The position numbers and the translations under genes were made by a program. Below are positions 1 through 15,113 of a stretch of 64,000 nt of DNA, piece by piece. The notes under the pieces were generated by a model that saw only the letters and a program-made list of their open reading frames with translations, was not told where the DNA came from and searched no databases. The first letter of the stretch is position 1, and every line of letters starts with the position of its first letter. Where the stretch lies: the NCBI GenBank assembly GCA_964016885.1, contig OZ024740.1, forward strand, positions 104,470,001-104,534,000, in the 5' to 3' direction. This stretch comes from Eledone cirrhosa (taxonomy: Eukaryota).

Positions 1-207
1 GTGGTAGTGAGAACATGTGGAGTGGGGTGTAGTGTGGGCATGTTTTGCTACATCCAGTAATGTAGTGAGATAGTCATGTGACCAGTGGGGTTTAAGGTGA
101 CTGTCAAGACATTTTGATATAGCATGGTAGTAAATATATTGTGTACAACTACCATCATTCAACCACAGATGTAAGACGTCAAAATTTTGAGGATGAGTAT
201 AGTTGAA

Positions 208-458
208 CTCTTTTAATAGCAAACCTTCTGAAACTGCCCCTGGTTTTACTATACAAAACTGTTTAGTTTTAATTGGTTATATTCATCTAAAAACATTCCA
301 TCATAATTTTATGTAAGAACCTTTGTTATGCTTCAAACGCCAGCTTAATAATGAGAAAGTTTGTGGTATTACTAATTTCATCCAAATTCTTCATTATTTT
401 CCAAACTGTTTGAAAATCATGGGCAGTGTCTTTCATTGGAAATATAGTTACGAAAAGG
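208..458. mobile_element. Degenerate TTAA-flanked (piggyBac-like) MITE
   Basis: Starts TGAA|CTCTTTTAATAGC and ends GTTACGAAAAGG|TTAA. The internal motif GGCAGTGTCTTTCATT(A/G)GAAATAT recurs near 5795, 8465, 19615 and 29970. Confidence 0.45.
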
Positions 459-990
459 TTAAATTTACTTCAGTTTATGACCAATTAAAATTTCGAAATT
501 TATTTGTTTTTGTAATTTAAACATTTTGTTATTTTAGAAAATTTTGCAAAAACAAATTTCAAAAATGATGCATCAAAACATGTAAAGACAATGTTCCAGT
601 ATGACCATGGCTGTGATGGCTAAAATGAACTAATGAACTAAAGACATAGGTACATAGCAACACAATTTCATTGAGATACTAGCAGCTATAATAATAGTGA
701 GTAATGTGAAATATATTCAAATTCTAACAACAAATTTTTCATTTTTTTTTCGTTATTCTCGTGTTAACTTTTCATTAATAATTGGATCAAACATTTCATC
801 CAATTATGTAAGAGGGTGGGGAATGGGGATTGGAGATGGGAGAGTAAGGAGGGAAGAGAGTAGGGGAGTAAGGCTGGGAAGGGAGTGGGGTGTGGGAAGA
901 GTAGGCATACAGAATTCCAGTACCACTCGTGTTGTCTTGTGTTATGTTATTTCTACAACCAGACAGTTTCTTAAAAAACAACAAAAAAAA

Positions 991-1026
<36 letters not shown>

Positions 1027-1589
1027 CAAAAAAACAAACCAGGACTTTCACAATGTCAATTCTAGATAGTTCTCCCAGAACATTACCCTCTCTTCCTCTC
1101 TTCATCTCGCTTGCATTAACTTTCAAGGAGACAAAATCTAAAATTAAGTTTATTAATCTCAGAAATGTTTTCTATTTTTTTTTTTGTGCATTTGATAAAT
1201 TACTACTACTACTACTAACACCATTAAAGTATTATTATCATCATCTTCGTCATTATTATTATTTCGTTTTTGTTGTTGTTGTTTTTTTTGTCTTTTTATT
1301 GCAAAGATATTTTTGAAAATGAGATGTTTGCTATTACCATGGCAACATCAGTTTCCTTCGTCCATTAACTGCAGTAAAAATATTCAGTGCCAATGAAACC
1401 AACCAACCAGCCAGCAATCCAACCAACCAGCCAACTGGCCAACAAGACCAAAATGATAGATGGATGTTATGTAAAGATGTGTGCAATGATGAAAGGTTTA
1501 ACATGGCAGAAGACTGGAGAGGGACAATAGGTGGTGGTGGTGGTAGTTATTATTATCACCACGACAACGACCATCACCACCACCACCAC

Positions 1590-4500
1590 CACCACAAACC
1601 ATTACCTACACTAACATCACCCCATCACTTCAACAAACCATTACCTACACCAACATCATCACCACTTCAACAAATCATTACCTACACTAACATCACCACC
1701 ACCACTTCGACAAACCATTACCTACACTAACATCACCGCCACCACCACCACAAACCATTACCTACACTAACATCACCACCACCACCACAAACCATTACCT
1801 ACACTAACATCACCACCACCACTTCAACAAACCATTACCTACACCAACATCACCACCACCACTTCAACAAACCATTACCTACACCAACATCACCACCACC
1901 ACTTCAACAAACCATTACCTACACCAACATCACCACCACCACTTCAACAAACCATTGCCTACACTAACATCACCACCACCACTTCAACAAACCATTACCT
2001 ACACTAACATCACCACCACCACTTCTACAAACCATTGCCTACACTAACATCACCGCCACCACCACCACAAACCATTACCTACACTAACATCACCACCACC
2101 ACTTCAACAAACCATTACCTACACCAACATCACCACCACCACTTCAACAAACCATTACCTACACTAACATCACCACCACCACTTCAACAAACCATTACCT
2201 ACACTAACATCACCACCACCACTTCAACAAACCATTACCTACACCAACATCACCACCACCACTTCAACAAACCATTACCTACACCAACATCACCACCACC
2301 ACTTCTACAAACCATTACCTACACTAACATCACCACCACCACCACAAACCATTACCTACACCAACATCACCACCACCACTTCTACAAACCATTACCTACA
2401 CTAACATCACCACCACCACTTCAACAAACCATTACCTACACTAACATCACCACCACCACTTCAACAAACCATTACCTACACCAACATCACTACCACCACT
2501 TCTACAAACCATTACCTACACCAACATCACCACCACCACTTCAACAAACCATTACCTACACTAACATCACCACCACCACTTCAACAAACCATTACCTACA
2601 CCAACATCACCACCACCACTTCTACAAACCATTACCTACACTAACATCACCACCACCACCACAAACCATTACCTACACCAACATCACCACCACCACTTCT
2701 ACAAACCATTACCTACACTAACATCACCACCACCACTTCAACAAACCATTACCTACACTAACATCACCACCACCACTTCAACAAACCATTACCTACACCA
2801 ACATCACTACCACCACTTCTACAAACCATTACCTACACCAACATCACCACCACCACTTCTACAAACCATTACCTACACTAACATCACCACCACCACTTCT
2901 ACAAACCATTGCCTACACTAACATCACCACCACCACTTCAACAAACCATTACCTACACTAACATCACCACCACCACTTCTACAAACCATTACCTACACTA
3001 ACATCACCACCACCACTTCTACAAACCATTACCTACACTAACATCACCACCACCACTTCTACAAATCATTACCTACACTAACATCACCACCACCACTTCT
3101 ACAAACCATTACCTACACTAACATCACCACCACCACTTCTACAAACCATTACCTACACTAACATCACCACCACCACTTCTACAAATCATTACCTACACTA
3201 ACATCACCACCACCACTTCTACAAACCATTACCTACACTAACATCACCACCACCACTTCTACAAACCATTACCTACACTAACATCACCACCACCACTTCT
3301 ACAAACCATTACCTACACTAACATCACCACCACCACTTCTACAAACCATTACCTACACTAACATCACCACCACCACTTCTACAAACCATTACCTACACTA
3401 ACATCACCACCACCACTTCAACAAACCATTACCTACACTAACATCACCACCACCACTTCAACAAACCATTACCTACACCAACATCACTACCACCACTTCT
3501 ACAAACCATTACCTACACCAACATCACCACCACCACTTCAACAAACCATTACCTACACTAACATCACCACCACCACTTCAACAAACCATTACCTACACTA
3601 ACATCACCACCACCACTTCAACAAACCATTACCTACACTAACATCACCACCACCACTTCAACAAACCATTACCTACACCAACATCACTACCACCACTTCT
3701 ACAAACCATTACCTACACCAACATCACCACCACCACTTCAACAAACCATTACCTACACTAACATCACCACCACCACCACAAACCATTACCTACACTAACA
3801 TCACCACCACCACTTCTACAAACCATTACCTACACTAACATCACCACCACCACTTCAACAAACCATTACCTACACTAACATCACCACCACCACTTCAACA
3901 AACCATTACCTACACCAACATCACTACCACCACTTCTACAAACCATTACCTACACCAACATCACCACCACCACTTCAACAAACCATTACCTACACTAACA
4001 TCACCACCACCACTTCTACAAACCATTACCTACACTAACATCACCACCACCACTTCTACAAACCATTACCTACACTAACATCACCACCACCACTTCTACA
4101 AACCATTACCTACACCAACATCACCACCACCACTTCTACAAACCATTACCTACACTAACATCACCACCACCACTTCTACAAACCATTGCCTACACTAACA
4201 TCACCACCACCACTTCAACAAACCATTACCTACACTAACATCACCACCACCACTTCTACAAACCATTACCTACACTAACATCACCACCACCACTTCTACA
4301 AACCATTACCTACACTAACATCACCACCACCACTTCTACAAATCATTACCTACACTAACATCACCACCACCACTTCTACAAACCATTACCTACACTAACA
4401 TCACCACCACCACTTCTACAAACCATTACCTACACTAACATCACCACCACCACTTCTACAAATCATTACCTACACTAACATCACCACCACCACTTCTACA

Positions 4501-4848
4501 AACCATTACCTACACTAACATCACCACCACCACTTCTACAAACCATTACCTACACTAACATCACCACCACCACTTCTACAAACCATTACCTACACTAACA
4601 TCACCACCACCACTTCTACAAACCATTACCTACACTAACATCACCACCACCACTTCTACAAACCATTACCTACACTAACATCACCACCACCACTTCTACA
4701 AACCATTACCTACACTAACATCACCACCACCACTTCTACAAACCATTACCTACACTAACATCACCACCACCACTTCTACAAACCATTACCTACACTAACA
4801 TCACCACCACCACTTCTACAAACCATTGCCTACACAAACATCACCATT
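1590..4848. repeat. 40-bp minisatellite, about 80 copies, unit CAAACCATTACCTACACTAACATCACCACCACCACTTC(T/A)A
   Basis: 40-bp period directly visible, with occasional 37-bp units. The plus strand is almost G-free. Confidence 0.98.
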
Positions 4849-5076
4849 GGAAGCTTCTATGTGGTTTCATGACCTACATGAAATAACAGCAAGATCTTCA
4901 AATAACATACTTCTGTCCTTAAAAGAAAGAAGCCATTAGATAATGTAATCCTTGATTCCTTATCTGTGAATAAAAGAATGGAATGATCATGGCTGGAATC
5001 ACTTTGAGAATAGGTCTACTGGATCACATCTATCAAGTGTATGTCAGAGATCACATTCTGATGAGTTAAGTAGTCA

Positions 5077-5380
5077 TCATCCAGCGGCCTTAGCTGAAAT
5101 TGACTCAACAATTGATCTCCACATGGGTCTGTCGTTCATTGCTGTTGCCAAATCCTGGATTTCAATACCAGAATCTCTGGAGATGACATCAGGATAGGAG
5201 AGCTTATGCCCCCTGTTATTGGTAACTGCTTGTGGTTTCCAAAGCACTAATGGGCACACAGCCTCATAGGTGGCACAATGGCAGTGGCCAGCAAATTTTA
5301 ATCTCCTTTTACGTACAACGACAGATATGCATGGGAGGCTGGTATATATTTCTTTCAAAGTCAGATGTCACTAACTTATA
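5077..5380 (-). mobile_element. 3' fragment of a second RTE-clade LINE family
   Basis: ORF ...VRKRRLKFAGHC...VLWKP...SYPDVISRD...MNDRPMWRSIV has the R-L-x-W/F-x-G-H ... DR-x-x-W-R motifs of RTE ORF2 C-termini. Confidence 0.7.
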
Positions 5381-5519
5381 TTCTGAATGCGTCGAAGTAG
5401 GCAAGTGTAGGTGCCATCAAGGTGCTTTTGTTGTTTGGATGAAAGCATCTTTCACTTCCATATAGCAAGACAAGTAGTACCATGTCATCCACAAATTTCA
5501 GCTGACTGATCCTTCACTC

Positions 5520-5660
5520 GCCAGTCTTGATACCATGGACATGTGGCTAGAATGTCTCAGGAAAGAATTGATGGGCAGATTTTACAGGCAAAACCAACTG
5601 GCAGGAGACCTTGGGGTAGTCCCCGAGCAAGATGGTTAGATAACATCCATGAGTTAGGCA
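5520..5660 (+). mobile_element. Short decayed RTE-like LINE C-terminal fragment
   Basis: Reads GHVARMSQERIDGQILQAKPTGRRPWGSPRARWLDNI, matching the GHV-x-RM ... G-x-RP-x-G-RP-x-x-RW pattern. Confidence 0.6.
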
Positions 5661-6724
5661 GGTTTCACTTGGTGATTCCATCATAATTTTACAAAGGAAC
5701 CTTTGTTACACAAATCCAATATTGAGGAATTTAGTTATATTAGTAAATTGCTCCCCAATTTTTTTTATTATCAGAATTATTTGAAAATTATAGGCAGTGT
5801 CTTTCATTAGAAATATGGTAATGAAAGGATTAAACTTATAACTATATATATAATCATTGTCACATTGACAATCTCAGACACATTAAAAACATATTATGTT
5901 GGAAGATAATCTGAATGAGTTTCTATCATTGTTTACCTGTTAAATATTCAGTGCAGAAACAGGAGACAAAAGTATAGAAAAGCGACAAACAAGAAATTTA
6001 TTACAGAAATAGTTTATTTTCAAGTAAAATTCAAAGAAAAAAACCTGACATACACACAGAAACTTTAAAAAAAAAACAAAAACAGAAAAGGAAAGAAAAA
6101 GAAAATTATAAATAAAAAAGGGAACAGCAGGGTTATAGAAACATGGTGTTTACTGGGTTTTTTTTCTTTTTGAGAAAAAGCTTGTGTGTGTGTATTTGTG
6201 TCTGTATGTATTTACATGTGTATATGTGTGTGCATTTGCATGTGTTTGTGCATGTGTGTATTTATGTGTGAATATTTGTGTGTATATTTGTATGTCTGTA
6301 TTTATATGTGTGTATTTGTGAGAGCGTGTGTGCATGTACGTACAGGAGAGTAAAATAGTGTAGAGGACAAGGGGATAGGGTTACACAACATTGTACCGAA
6401 CAGATACACAAAATAACAGAATAAACAAACAGAAAAAATAATAATTGTTCAAAAATGAATTTTTTTTAAAATTTGGTCAGGGTAAGCAAATATATATGTG
6501 GAGGGTGTGGGGATGGGTTATATCTGAGCAATATATGACCATAGGACATGGGCAGTACGTGGGCATATGTATGTGGTGTGTGTGTGGATAAAAATAGGCA
6601 ATGTGTGTGGGTGGGTTATATCTAAATTATGTGTGAGCATGGGGGTTGAGGGAGTTGTGTCTTTGAAGGTTTGAATGGGCATTTTCGGGAAAAAATCCAT
6701 ATCTTAAAATTGTAAGAATTTAAA

Positions 6725-7508
6725 ACTAAATACATTCACACACATAGATATTATACATACACACACATATATATATACACTTATATATACATATATATAA
6801 ACACATATATATACATATATATACATGTATATACACATATATATATGCACACATATATATATACATATATATACACACATATATATATACATATATATAC
6901 ACACATATATATATACATATATATACACACATATATATATACATATATATACACATATATATATACATGTATATACACATATATATACACACACATATAT
7001 ATACATATATATATACACACATATATATATACACACATATATATACATATATATATACACACATATATATACATATACATATATATATACACACATATAT
7101 ATATACACACATATATATACATATACATATACACACATATATATACATGTATATACACATATATATACATATATATATATAGACATATATATATATATAG
7201 ACATATATATATATATAGACATATATATACATATATATAGACATATATATATATATAGACATATATATATATATATAGACATATATATATATATATATAT
7301 ATATAGACATATATACACACATATATATACATATATACACACATTTATACACACATATATATACATATATACACATATATATATATACATATATATGTAC
7401 ACATACACATATATATATACTTATATATATATATATATATACATATATACACACACATATATATATATACACACATATATATATATACACACACATATAT
7501 ATATATAT

Positions 7509-7555
<47 letters not shown>

Positions 7556-7635
7556 TATATATATACATATAATATATATATAATATATATAGACTCACAC
7601 ACATATGTATAACTACATATATATATATATATATT
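6725..7635. repeat. Compound (TA)n/(CA)n microsatellite, about 0.9 kb
   Basis: Directly visible. It is the source of many spurious Y/I/C/V ORFs. Confidence 0.97.
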
Positions 7636-8087
7636 AACAGATAGTGTGGATTTGTAACCTGCATAACAAAAGTATAAAATACAATTTTTATGCATAGATT
7701 AAAAAAAAACAGCAAAAAACAAAGTCCCTTGTTCTACCTCCTTTTCCACCTGTAAGTGGATTATAGTGATATAAGACAGTAAAGATACAGGTGGTGATGG
7801 AAGCAAACCCTTTCTCACACAAGACAGTGTGTAGCTGGAATGTTTGCTATTCACCCCCATACTATACACACTAGTCAACACCAACATTTTACCCACAACA
7901 CATCACAAAACTGAACTGTTTAATAGGAGAAAAAAAAACAAGAAAAAAATTAGTTTGCTTTTGTTTATGAAAATTTGTTTGTATTTATGTGTTGGGGAGA
8001 CAATGTGGACCTGACACCAAAACAATAGAAACAACAATAACAACTTTGGGTTCTGGCTAAACAGGAACTCCTTATCTAGACCCTTAA

Positions 8088-8498
8088 CTCTTTTGATACC
8101 AACACAAAACTACCTCTGGTTCAATGAAACAAAACCACCCATTTGAAAGAGTTCCTATTTAAATTATAATCTTCCAACATAATTTGATATAAGAACTTTT
8201 TATTGTTATGTAACAATTACCATCTTAATAATTAATAATTAATTTCAGTAAATCCTTGCAAACTCTTAATTAATTAATTAATTGAAATACAGTATGAAAT
8301 TTGAAAATATGAGTAACTCAAATTCAGAAAATAATTGTAACAACTGTTGATAGCTATGAAGAAATATTTATAGCCATAACTGTTGTTAGTTATTTTATGT
8401 GTTTGGGATTCCTACATTTTCAAATCTCCGATCACCCAGCGTTTCGATAATTCATAAGAAATACAGTGTATTTCATTAGGAATACAGTTATGAAGGGG
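8088..8498. mobile_element. TTAA-flanked (piggyBac-like) MITE
   Basis: TTAA|CTCTTTTGATACC ... GTTATGAAGGGG|TTAA, with imperfect terminal inverted repeats. Same family as 208-458. Confidence 0.5.
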
Positions 8499-9003
8499 TT
8501 AATTCTCTCAATGTCAGAAACATTCATCAACACACTCTCACATAGGGACCACATGAGCCAACTGTTAAAACAACTTTTACGTAGTCACATGATTGACTTG
8601 CTTAATGTAATAACTAAAACTCAATAAATTGCCTAATCTTTAAAATAGGCCATTAAAAAATTCAAGTGGTTTAACTGCCTTAAAGTAGTAGCCAAATTTC
8701 CTCAACACACCTACTGTCTTTAAAGATAGGATGGACATTACCATGAAACAATTTAAATGAGACCAATATATAGTGCATCTTACAGCTCTTTATCCATACC
8801 TGTTTCATTTTATTCATTAGACTGGCTTTCTCAGTGCAAAAATAACCTTTCTATGATCCATTTCTTTCTTTGTAAATAAAAACAGACTGCTATCAACTCC
8901 TGTACTTCTCAAAACACTCACTTTAAAAACAACGAAGCCCTTACTGCAATACACAAACACAAATTATATAAAGAAAGCAAAATTACAGATTAAAGGACAT
9001 AAA

Positions 9004-9037
<34 letters not shown>

Positions 9038-9354
9038 TCCTATGAAACATTTTGAATCTGCAATAAAACTTGACTTGTTGCCAAAAAACATACATGCTCA
9101 TTGTGTCATAGATCAATAATCATGTAAGTAGAACATGACTGATGACACAAAACACACCTGACTTGTCACAAGGGGGGGGGGGGGGGGGCACTAGATGGCA
9201 ATGCCCTGATAGTTTTCAATGGTGCTCCTAAGATTTAGAAAAATGTATGGCAATATTGCTTATTCTAAAAGTTCAGCTTAAAACTGTTGCAAAATTAAAG
9301 TGACAACTCAGAGTATTCTGATTGTTCAAGATCACCAAAGCCTGGCTTGAAACA

Positions 9355-9612
9355 TACATGTTCATTGTCACAGCTCTTTATACTCACCTAAGTAGAACAT
9401 GGGTGATGACACAAAACACAGCAGTTCATTGTCACAGCTCTATACTCATCTATGTAGAATATGACCAATGATACAAAACAGCAGTTCACTGTGTCACAGC
9501 TCTAAACTCATCTAAGTAGAACATTGGTGATGACACAGCTCTATACTCATCTAAATAGAACATGGGCACTGATACAAAATACAGCAGCTTTGTCACAGCT
9601 CTCTACTCAGTC
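9355..9612. repeat. Degenerate tandem repeat of about 60 bp, 4-5 copies
   Basis: Recurrent TGTCACAGCTCTATACTCATCTAAGTAGAACATG...GA(C/T)ACAAAA(C/T)ACAGCAG. A further partial copy lies near 9100-9170. Confidence 0.8.
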
Positions 9613-11286
9613 ATTTAGCTTATTGCTGAAATCAAGTTGTTTACAGTTCTTAATTGATGTCATATATCAAACAGATGCCTACCACAGTAGAGTCAGAATG
9701 TTTAAGATCAAAAGACTCACCACATCCTTTCAATTTTATTTTTGTGGTTAGTTTTTGTCCCACAAACACTATCATAATCAGGTAGAAAGATTGAGACATA
9801 TATACACATTCACATATATATATATATATATAGGCACAAATACATACAAATCATGTTTTTATACTGTATATGCTTGTGTAAAATCAATCCCCCCCCCCTC
9901 CCACATGCACCTAATTTTTATCCCCAAATTTTGGATATTCCCATATATCTCGTGAAGAAATTGACTCTAGTTCTTTGGGGACAACAGATCAACAATTGTG
10001 AATCAAAATATTATCCTAAACATAAATGTTAAAATGAGGAAATTAATGTTTTTTACTCTATTATGTTCTGAGGTATGCAGTGGAAATATAAGAGCTACAT
10101 GGCCTTATGTATTTTGGTAGTATCAACATTGATTTGATGTGTAGAAATATTTGTATTATTACTATAATTCATTGTTTTTTTTATTAATTTAGAGTCCATT
10201 TGGGCATCTACTTACTGAGACAGTTATTTCAAATTGTAATGTAAATTTCAACCTTTTGGAATCAGTATTCATGTAAAAGTTGGCCTTTTAAATTTAACCT
10301 CAAAATATGGTCTGAAAAATTTGACTTTTCCATGTGTATATATGGTAAGTATTATCAATGGAAAGATAAAATGCAGTTAAGTCCAACATGATTTAAACTA
10401 ACATAAAGTAGCATTCTGTCTTGTACTCTACTGATCCTGTAATCCACAGTTGATGGGTAATAATAACAATAATAATTTCTAACTTTGGCACATGGCCACG
10501 CATTTATAACATAGTTAGCTGCGTGATTCAACTCCAGTATGTAGTTGTTTTTAACTTATGGACCCGGGATGGAGAAATTTGGCCATGGATTGAATTTCAA
10601 ATGCAAGAGGAATAGAACTAAATACCAAAAAATGGAACATGCAATTTGTGCACAGAGGAGAAGAATTTTTCAGTAATATGCCATTCTGGACACAAATGTG
10701 GAATTAATCTCTTCATATATGCACAAATCCAAATATCCATTAAAAAACCTAAAAAACAGTTTCACAGTATTTGGCACTATACAAAATAATATACCATCCA
10801 ACAGTTAGTTTAACAGCATTTGGCACCATATAGGACTATATACCACCCAACAATGGGTTTCGCAATCTCAAATCATTCTAGTTCTTACATGATCACCCCA
10901 CAAAATTTCTGTCACATCACTAAATCTCTTCCAAAATTCTACCACAAATTTACTCTCCAAACTAGTCCTCTGACTGTGTTGGACACGGACTTGAGAAATG
11001 TTTATAGTGCTAAGATTGGTAATTCTGCACACTGCAAAGTTCTATACAGGGATAGCCATGATAACTAGTAACCTAAAATTGATAATCTGGAAATTTAGTT
11101 GTGGAAAATATTTAGATTTGGATAAAATAGTGGAATACTCCCAATAATACTTATACCAGCACGGACTCATTTCGTCATCTGAGATTAACAAGTACATAAA
11201 TATTACTGTAGTAGCAATGTGCGGGCATGTGCATGTATGAAATATGATTTTGATGAAAGACAAGATCTATATACATTGGAGTTACA

Positions 11287-11289
<3 letters not shown>

Positions 11290-11329
<40 letters not shown>

Positions 11330-11460
11330 GACATATATATATATATTTACATGCACATACATATACACACACACACACACAGACATATATATATATATAC
11401 ACACACACACACGCAGACATATATATATATATATATATATATACACATTATATATATATT
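11290..11460. repeat. (TA)n/(CA)n microsatellite
   Basis: Directly visible. Confidence 0.9.
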
Positions 11461-13199
11461 GTAACACAAACATTATCGTAATTGAATTAAATATGTCTGA
11501 CAAAATTCAGATTGAGATGAAGTTCTCTTTTTCATCCTGGTCACAGCAACAGAAACAGTATTGGTAAGAAGATATTACTTCTGACTCTCCATTGGTTACT
11601 ACTCAAACACAACTGGACAGCACTGTGCATTCTGTACAAGCCAATCAAAGAACTTCCATAAAGTCATTCAACATAGCTGAATATAGTAGCCAAATACCTC
11701 TCAACAAAACCTTTAACATGAAACCAGACAAGTCAGCAGATGCTTTCATATCGACCATTCAAATCAACAAGAGATTTGCTATCAAACCATCTGAATGATA
11801 TTTTAAATGTAATAGCTAAATCTGCTTCCACAATCCTTCTAAAGTCTTTCAAATGAAAACCATATAAATGCTGAATGAGCTTTTATATATTTGGGCCTGC
11901 TCAATGTTGTATTCAAATTACTCTTAAAGAACATTCCAGTGAAGATTATACAAGTTGACAAAAGTTTTTTTGCAGTTATTTGGCTCATTTACTTAATTTA
12001 GTAGCCAATTCATTCACTAAGATCCTACTATCTTAAAATAGGACAAATCACATCAGTCAGGTTCTAAACCTTAGGACAGCTGATATTAGAATTAAAAAAG
12101 AAAATTTGTTGATTATAGCTAGAATATTGCCTAAATGATAAGGTTCCACTTAAATCCAATATTTTAGGTATTTTATAGTTTCATATATGCTGTATATTAG
12201 ATTATCAATCTTTGAACTAATTCAGACTTCATCAACTAAACTAGAAGATAGATTGCTAGAATATAAAACAACAAAACAGTGCTACAACATTAATAACAAC
12301 CTTTCTAAATCACAGTACATAATAAAAAAAAATTAAAAATAAGAGTAGGAGTGAGATGTAGGCATGGATTGTCATAAATGTTCTAGCCTTGCTAAGATCA
12401 ACAAATTGGCAGATATATATATATATATGAAAGCCCTAATAATTGTTTCTAACAGGACCAAAGGCAAGACATTTTGAGGGAAGGAGTTAGTTGATTAAAT
12501 CAACCAAATACTTAACTGGTACTTTATTGAGTTTGAAAGAATGAAAGGAAAAATTAATCTAGATGGGATTTGAACTCAGAATGTAAAGAGATATTATAAA
12601 ATACTACCATTTTATCTGATGCTCTAATGATTCTGCTGTTATTCCCATAACTAGTGGGTGGTAGGTTCACTAGTGAAGTTTCTTGTTTTCATACAGTATA
12701 TCAGATTGGCAGGAGCTATTGCCTTTCTAAGGAAAATCCAATGATGAGATTTTAACACAGTCTTTGACTTTTATATGTGTATATACAGTAAGTTGAACCT
12801 CCATACAAGTAAAGTAAATTAGTTCATTGAGTTGAATGTTATGGCTGCAAACAGAATATTAAACCAGTTGACTTGCAGTTCATAGACCTTACCTCATTAT
12901 CAACATTAGCCAGTTGCCAACACTAATAATTTCTGATTTAATTTTGTGTGGAGGGGTAAGTTGATTATATAGGCCCCAGCACTTGACTACTACTTTATTT
13001 TATCAACCTCTGAAGGATGAAAGGCAAAGTTGACCTTGGTGGGATTTGAATTCAGGACATAAATGCTGCAAAGCATTTTGTCCAATGCTGTAATGATCTG
13101 CCAATCCACTACCCCTGTCAACACTATAATAAAAAAAAAAGATTAAAATCTGTTCCAAATCTAAAGGCTGCAGCTTAACACAATTTCATTACTGTTCAG

Positions 13200-13400
13200 T
13201 GACAGAGTACAGCACTCTACTGTAGATAGGACACCAATCCATCACAGGTTTAACCCACAGTTGCTACTGCTGGTACTCATTTCCAGCTGAGTTGACTGGA
13301 GTAATGTGAAATGAAGTGTTTTGCTCAAGAACATGTGTTGCCCAGTTCAGCAATCAATCACATCATATTGCAATCGTGAGCTCAACACCATAGCCACTAG
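13200..13400 (-). mobile_element. tRNA-derived SINE family B, decayed copy
   Basis: Reverse complement resembles the 43677-44020 element (CTAGTGGCTA head, TTCTTGAGCAAAAACACTT...TTTCACATTACTCCAGTC). Confidence 0.6.
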
Positions 13401-15113
13401 GTCGAATGTTATCACTATAAAGTGCAGTAATTAGAACTAATTACAGTCAATTAACCAAGTCTGTTCAGAATTGTCAATTAATTAACAGATACAGAGTGCT
13501 AAACTGTTTGGAACAAGATTTGTTTGCTTTTTTTTTTTGTCCAAAATCTGGAGTAGAAGCGTCTGACAAAAATGGTGGTGATGGTTAAAAGAGGTGGGAT
13601 AGTTAGGAGGAATTGGAGAGGTGGATAAAGGGGGTGGAGAGGACAGGATAGGTGGTTAAGTAGTGTAAGTGGTGGAGTGGAGAGGATAGTGTAGGTGGAG
13701 GGGTGGAGAAGGCAATATAAATAAATGGTGAGGATGGCAAGGGGCAGTTTGGGTGGTGAGAGTAGACAGGGCTGCAAATGTTTGGAGAAGAGAGGGGAAG
13801 GGAATCACAAGTGGGTGAAGAGGCAGCATATTGAAAGAAGAGAGAGAAGGGAACAAGGATTGGATGGAGAGGGCAATAAAGTAGGGGTAGTGGTAAAGGT
13901 AGGGACCAGATCAGGGAAACTCACAACTGTCTCACCATTAACCATTGTTATAAAAGGAAAGTAGTCAGATTAGATTGTCATATCAGAGGGAACTATGTTT
14001 CTATTGGGTTTTCTATTGCTAAATACTATCTGCCAGTCACAATACCTGGCAGAAGGAAGTAGGATTTGAACTCAGAATGCATAAAGATGGATTAAGCACA
14101 GCAAAGTATCCTGTCCAACTCTTAAACAATTCTACCAATCCTCTGCTCCTGGACTTTATTTATTGACCCACCTTTATTAATCCTTACATTTGTATATTAA
14201 AAAAAAAAGTTTTATCAATTTTTAAGTACTAACACTGAATTATTGTGAGATGGGGTAGAAATATTTTTGACCAGGCAGAATCCAGTATGGTGATCTGAGC
14301 TGGGGCAAGAGGCATAACATAAGAGCTGTAGCCAAGTTGTCAGTAGCTAGACACTCTGACCTTATGTACAATCCACTGAATAGTGAAAGAAGTGGAAGGA
14401 GGGAGGCAAGTTTCATTAAAAAAAAAAAAGAAAAAAAAAACAGTGTCTTTAAAAGCATTACCATTATCATCAATAAATCATTATAATAGATTATTTCTCT
14501 CACTCCTACAGAGATTATCATCATTATCATTATTAACTTCTTGTCCTAATTCTTTAATGTTCTATATTATCACAAGTCATCATTACTGCCACTAAGAATT
14601 AACTAAATGGAGAGGGGAGGGGTTTATTGCCCCTCACCCCCACTCCTCTTCCAAGGACAAATTAACTCTTAGAGCCAGAACCCTCAATATCCTTCCATAT
14701 CAGCCACTGTACCATACCACACTCCCTTCCACATTAAAAGTATTTTTCAAATAATATTTTCGTTGTTTTTTTTTACAGGGAGGGAGTCAACAACTGCACC
14801 TCTTCCCCAACATTGCCACAAGATTTGTTTGTTTTTTTACTAATAATTTTAACTTGTAGCACTTTATTCACAACAACCACAACAACAATAATAATTTCTA
14901 ACATAGGCACAAGGCCACACATTTTGTGGGGGAAAGGTGTAGTTGATATGATCAACCTGAGTAAATAACTGGTACTTATGTTACGGACAGGACCCAGGAA
15001 AGATGAAAGGCAAAATTCAACCCAGAAGGACTTCAGCAACAACAATAAAATAATATAATAATAATTTTCTCACATAGACACAAGGTCAGAAATATAATAA
15101 TAATAATAATAAT

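Noticed and set aside
1464-2721. His/Thr/Pro-rich ORFs (88 and 228 aa)
   Set aside because: They are translations of the 40-bp minisatellite, and the frame shifts with each unit.
1590-4848. CRISPR array or telomeric repeat
   Set aside because: Units are contiguous with no unique spacers, there are no cas genes, there is no TTAGGG-like unit, and the context is eukaryotic.
6704-7715. Overlapping 70-329 aa Y/I/C/V/H ORFs
   Set aside because: They come from a dinucleotide microsatellite that lacks stop codons.
9172-9188. Poly-G run as a functional G-quadruplex
   Set aside because: It is an isolated homopolymer. Similar runs occur elsewhere in the window and there is no supporting context.
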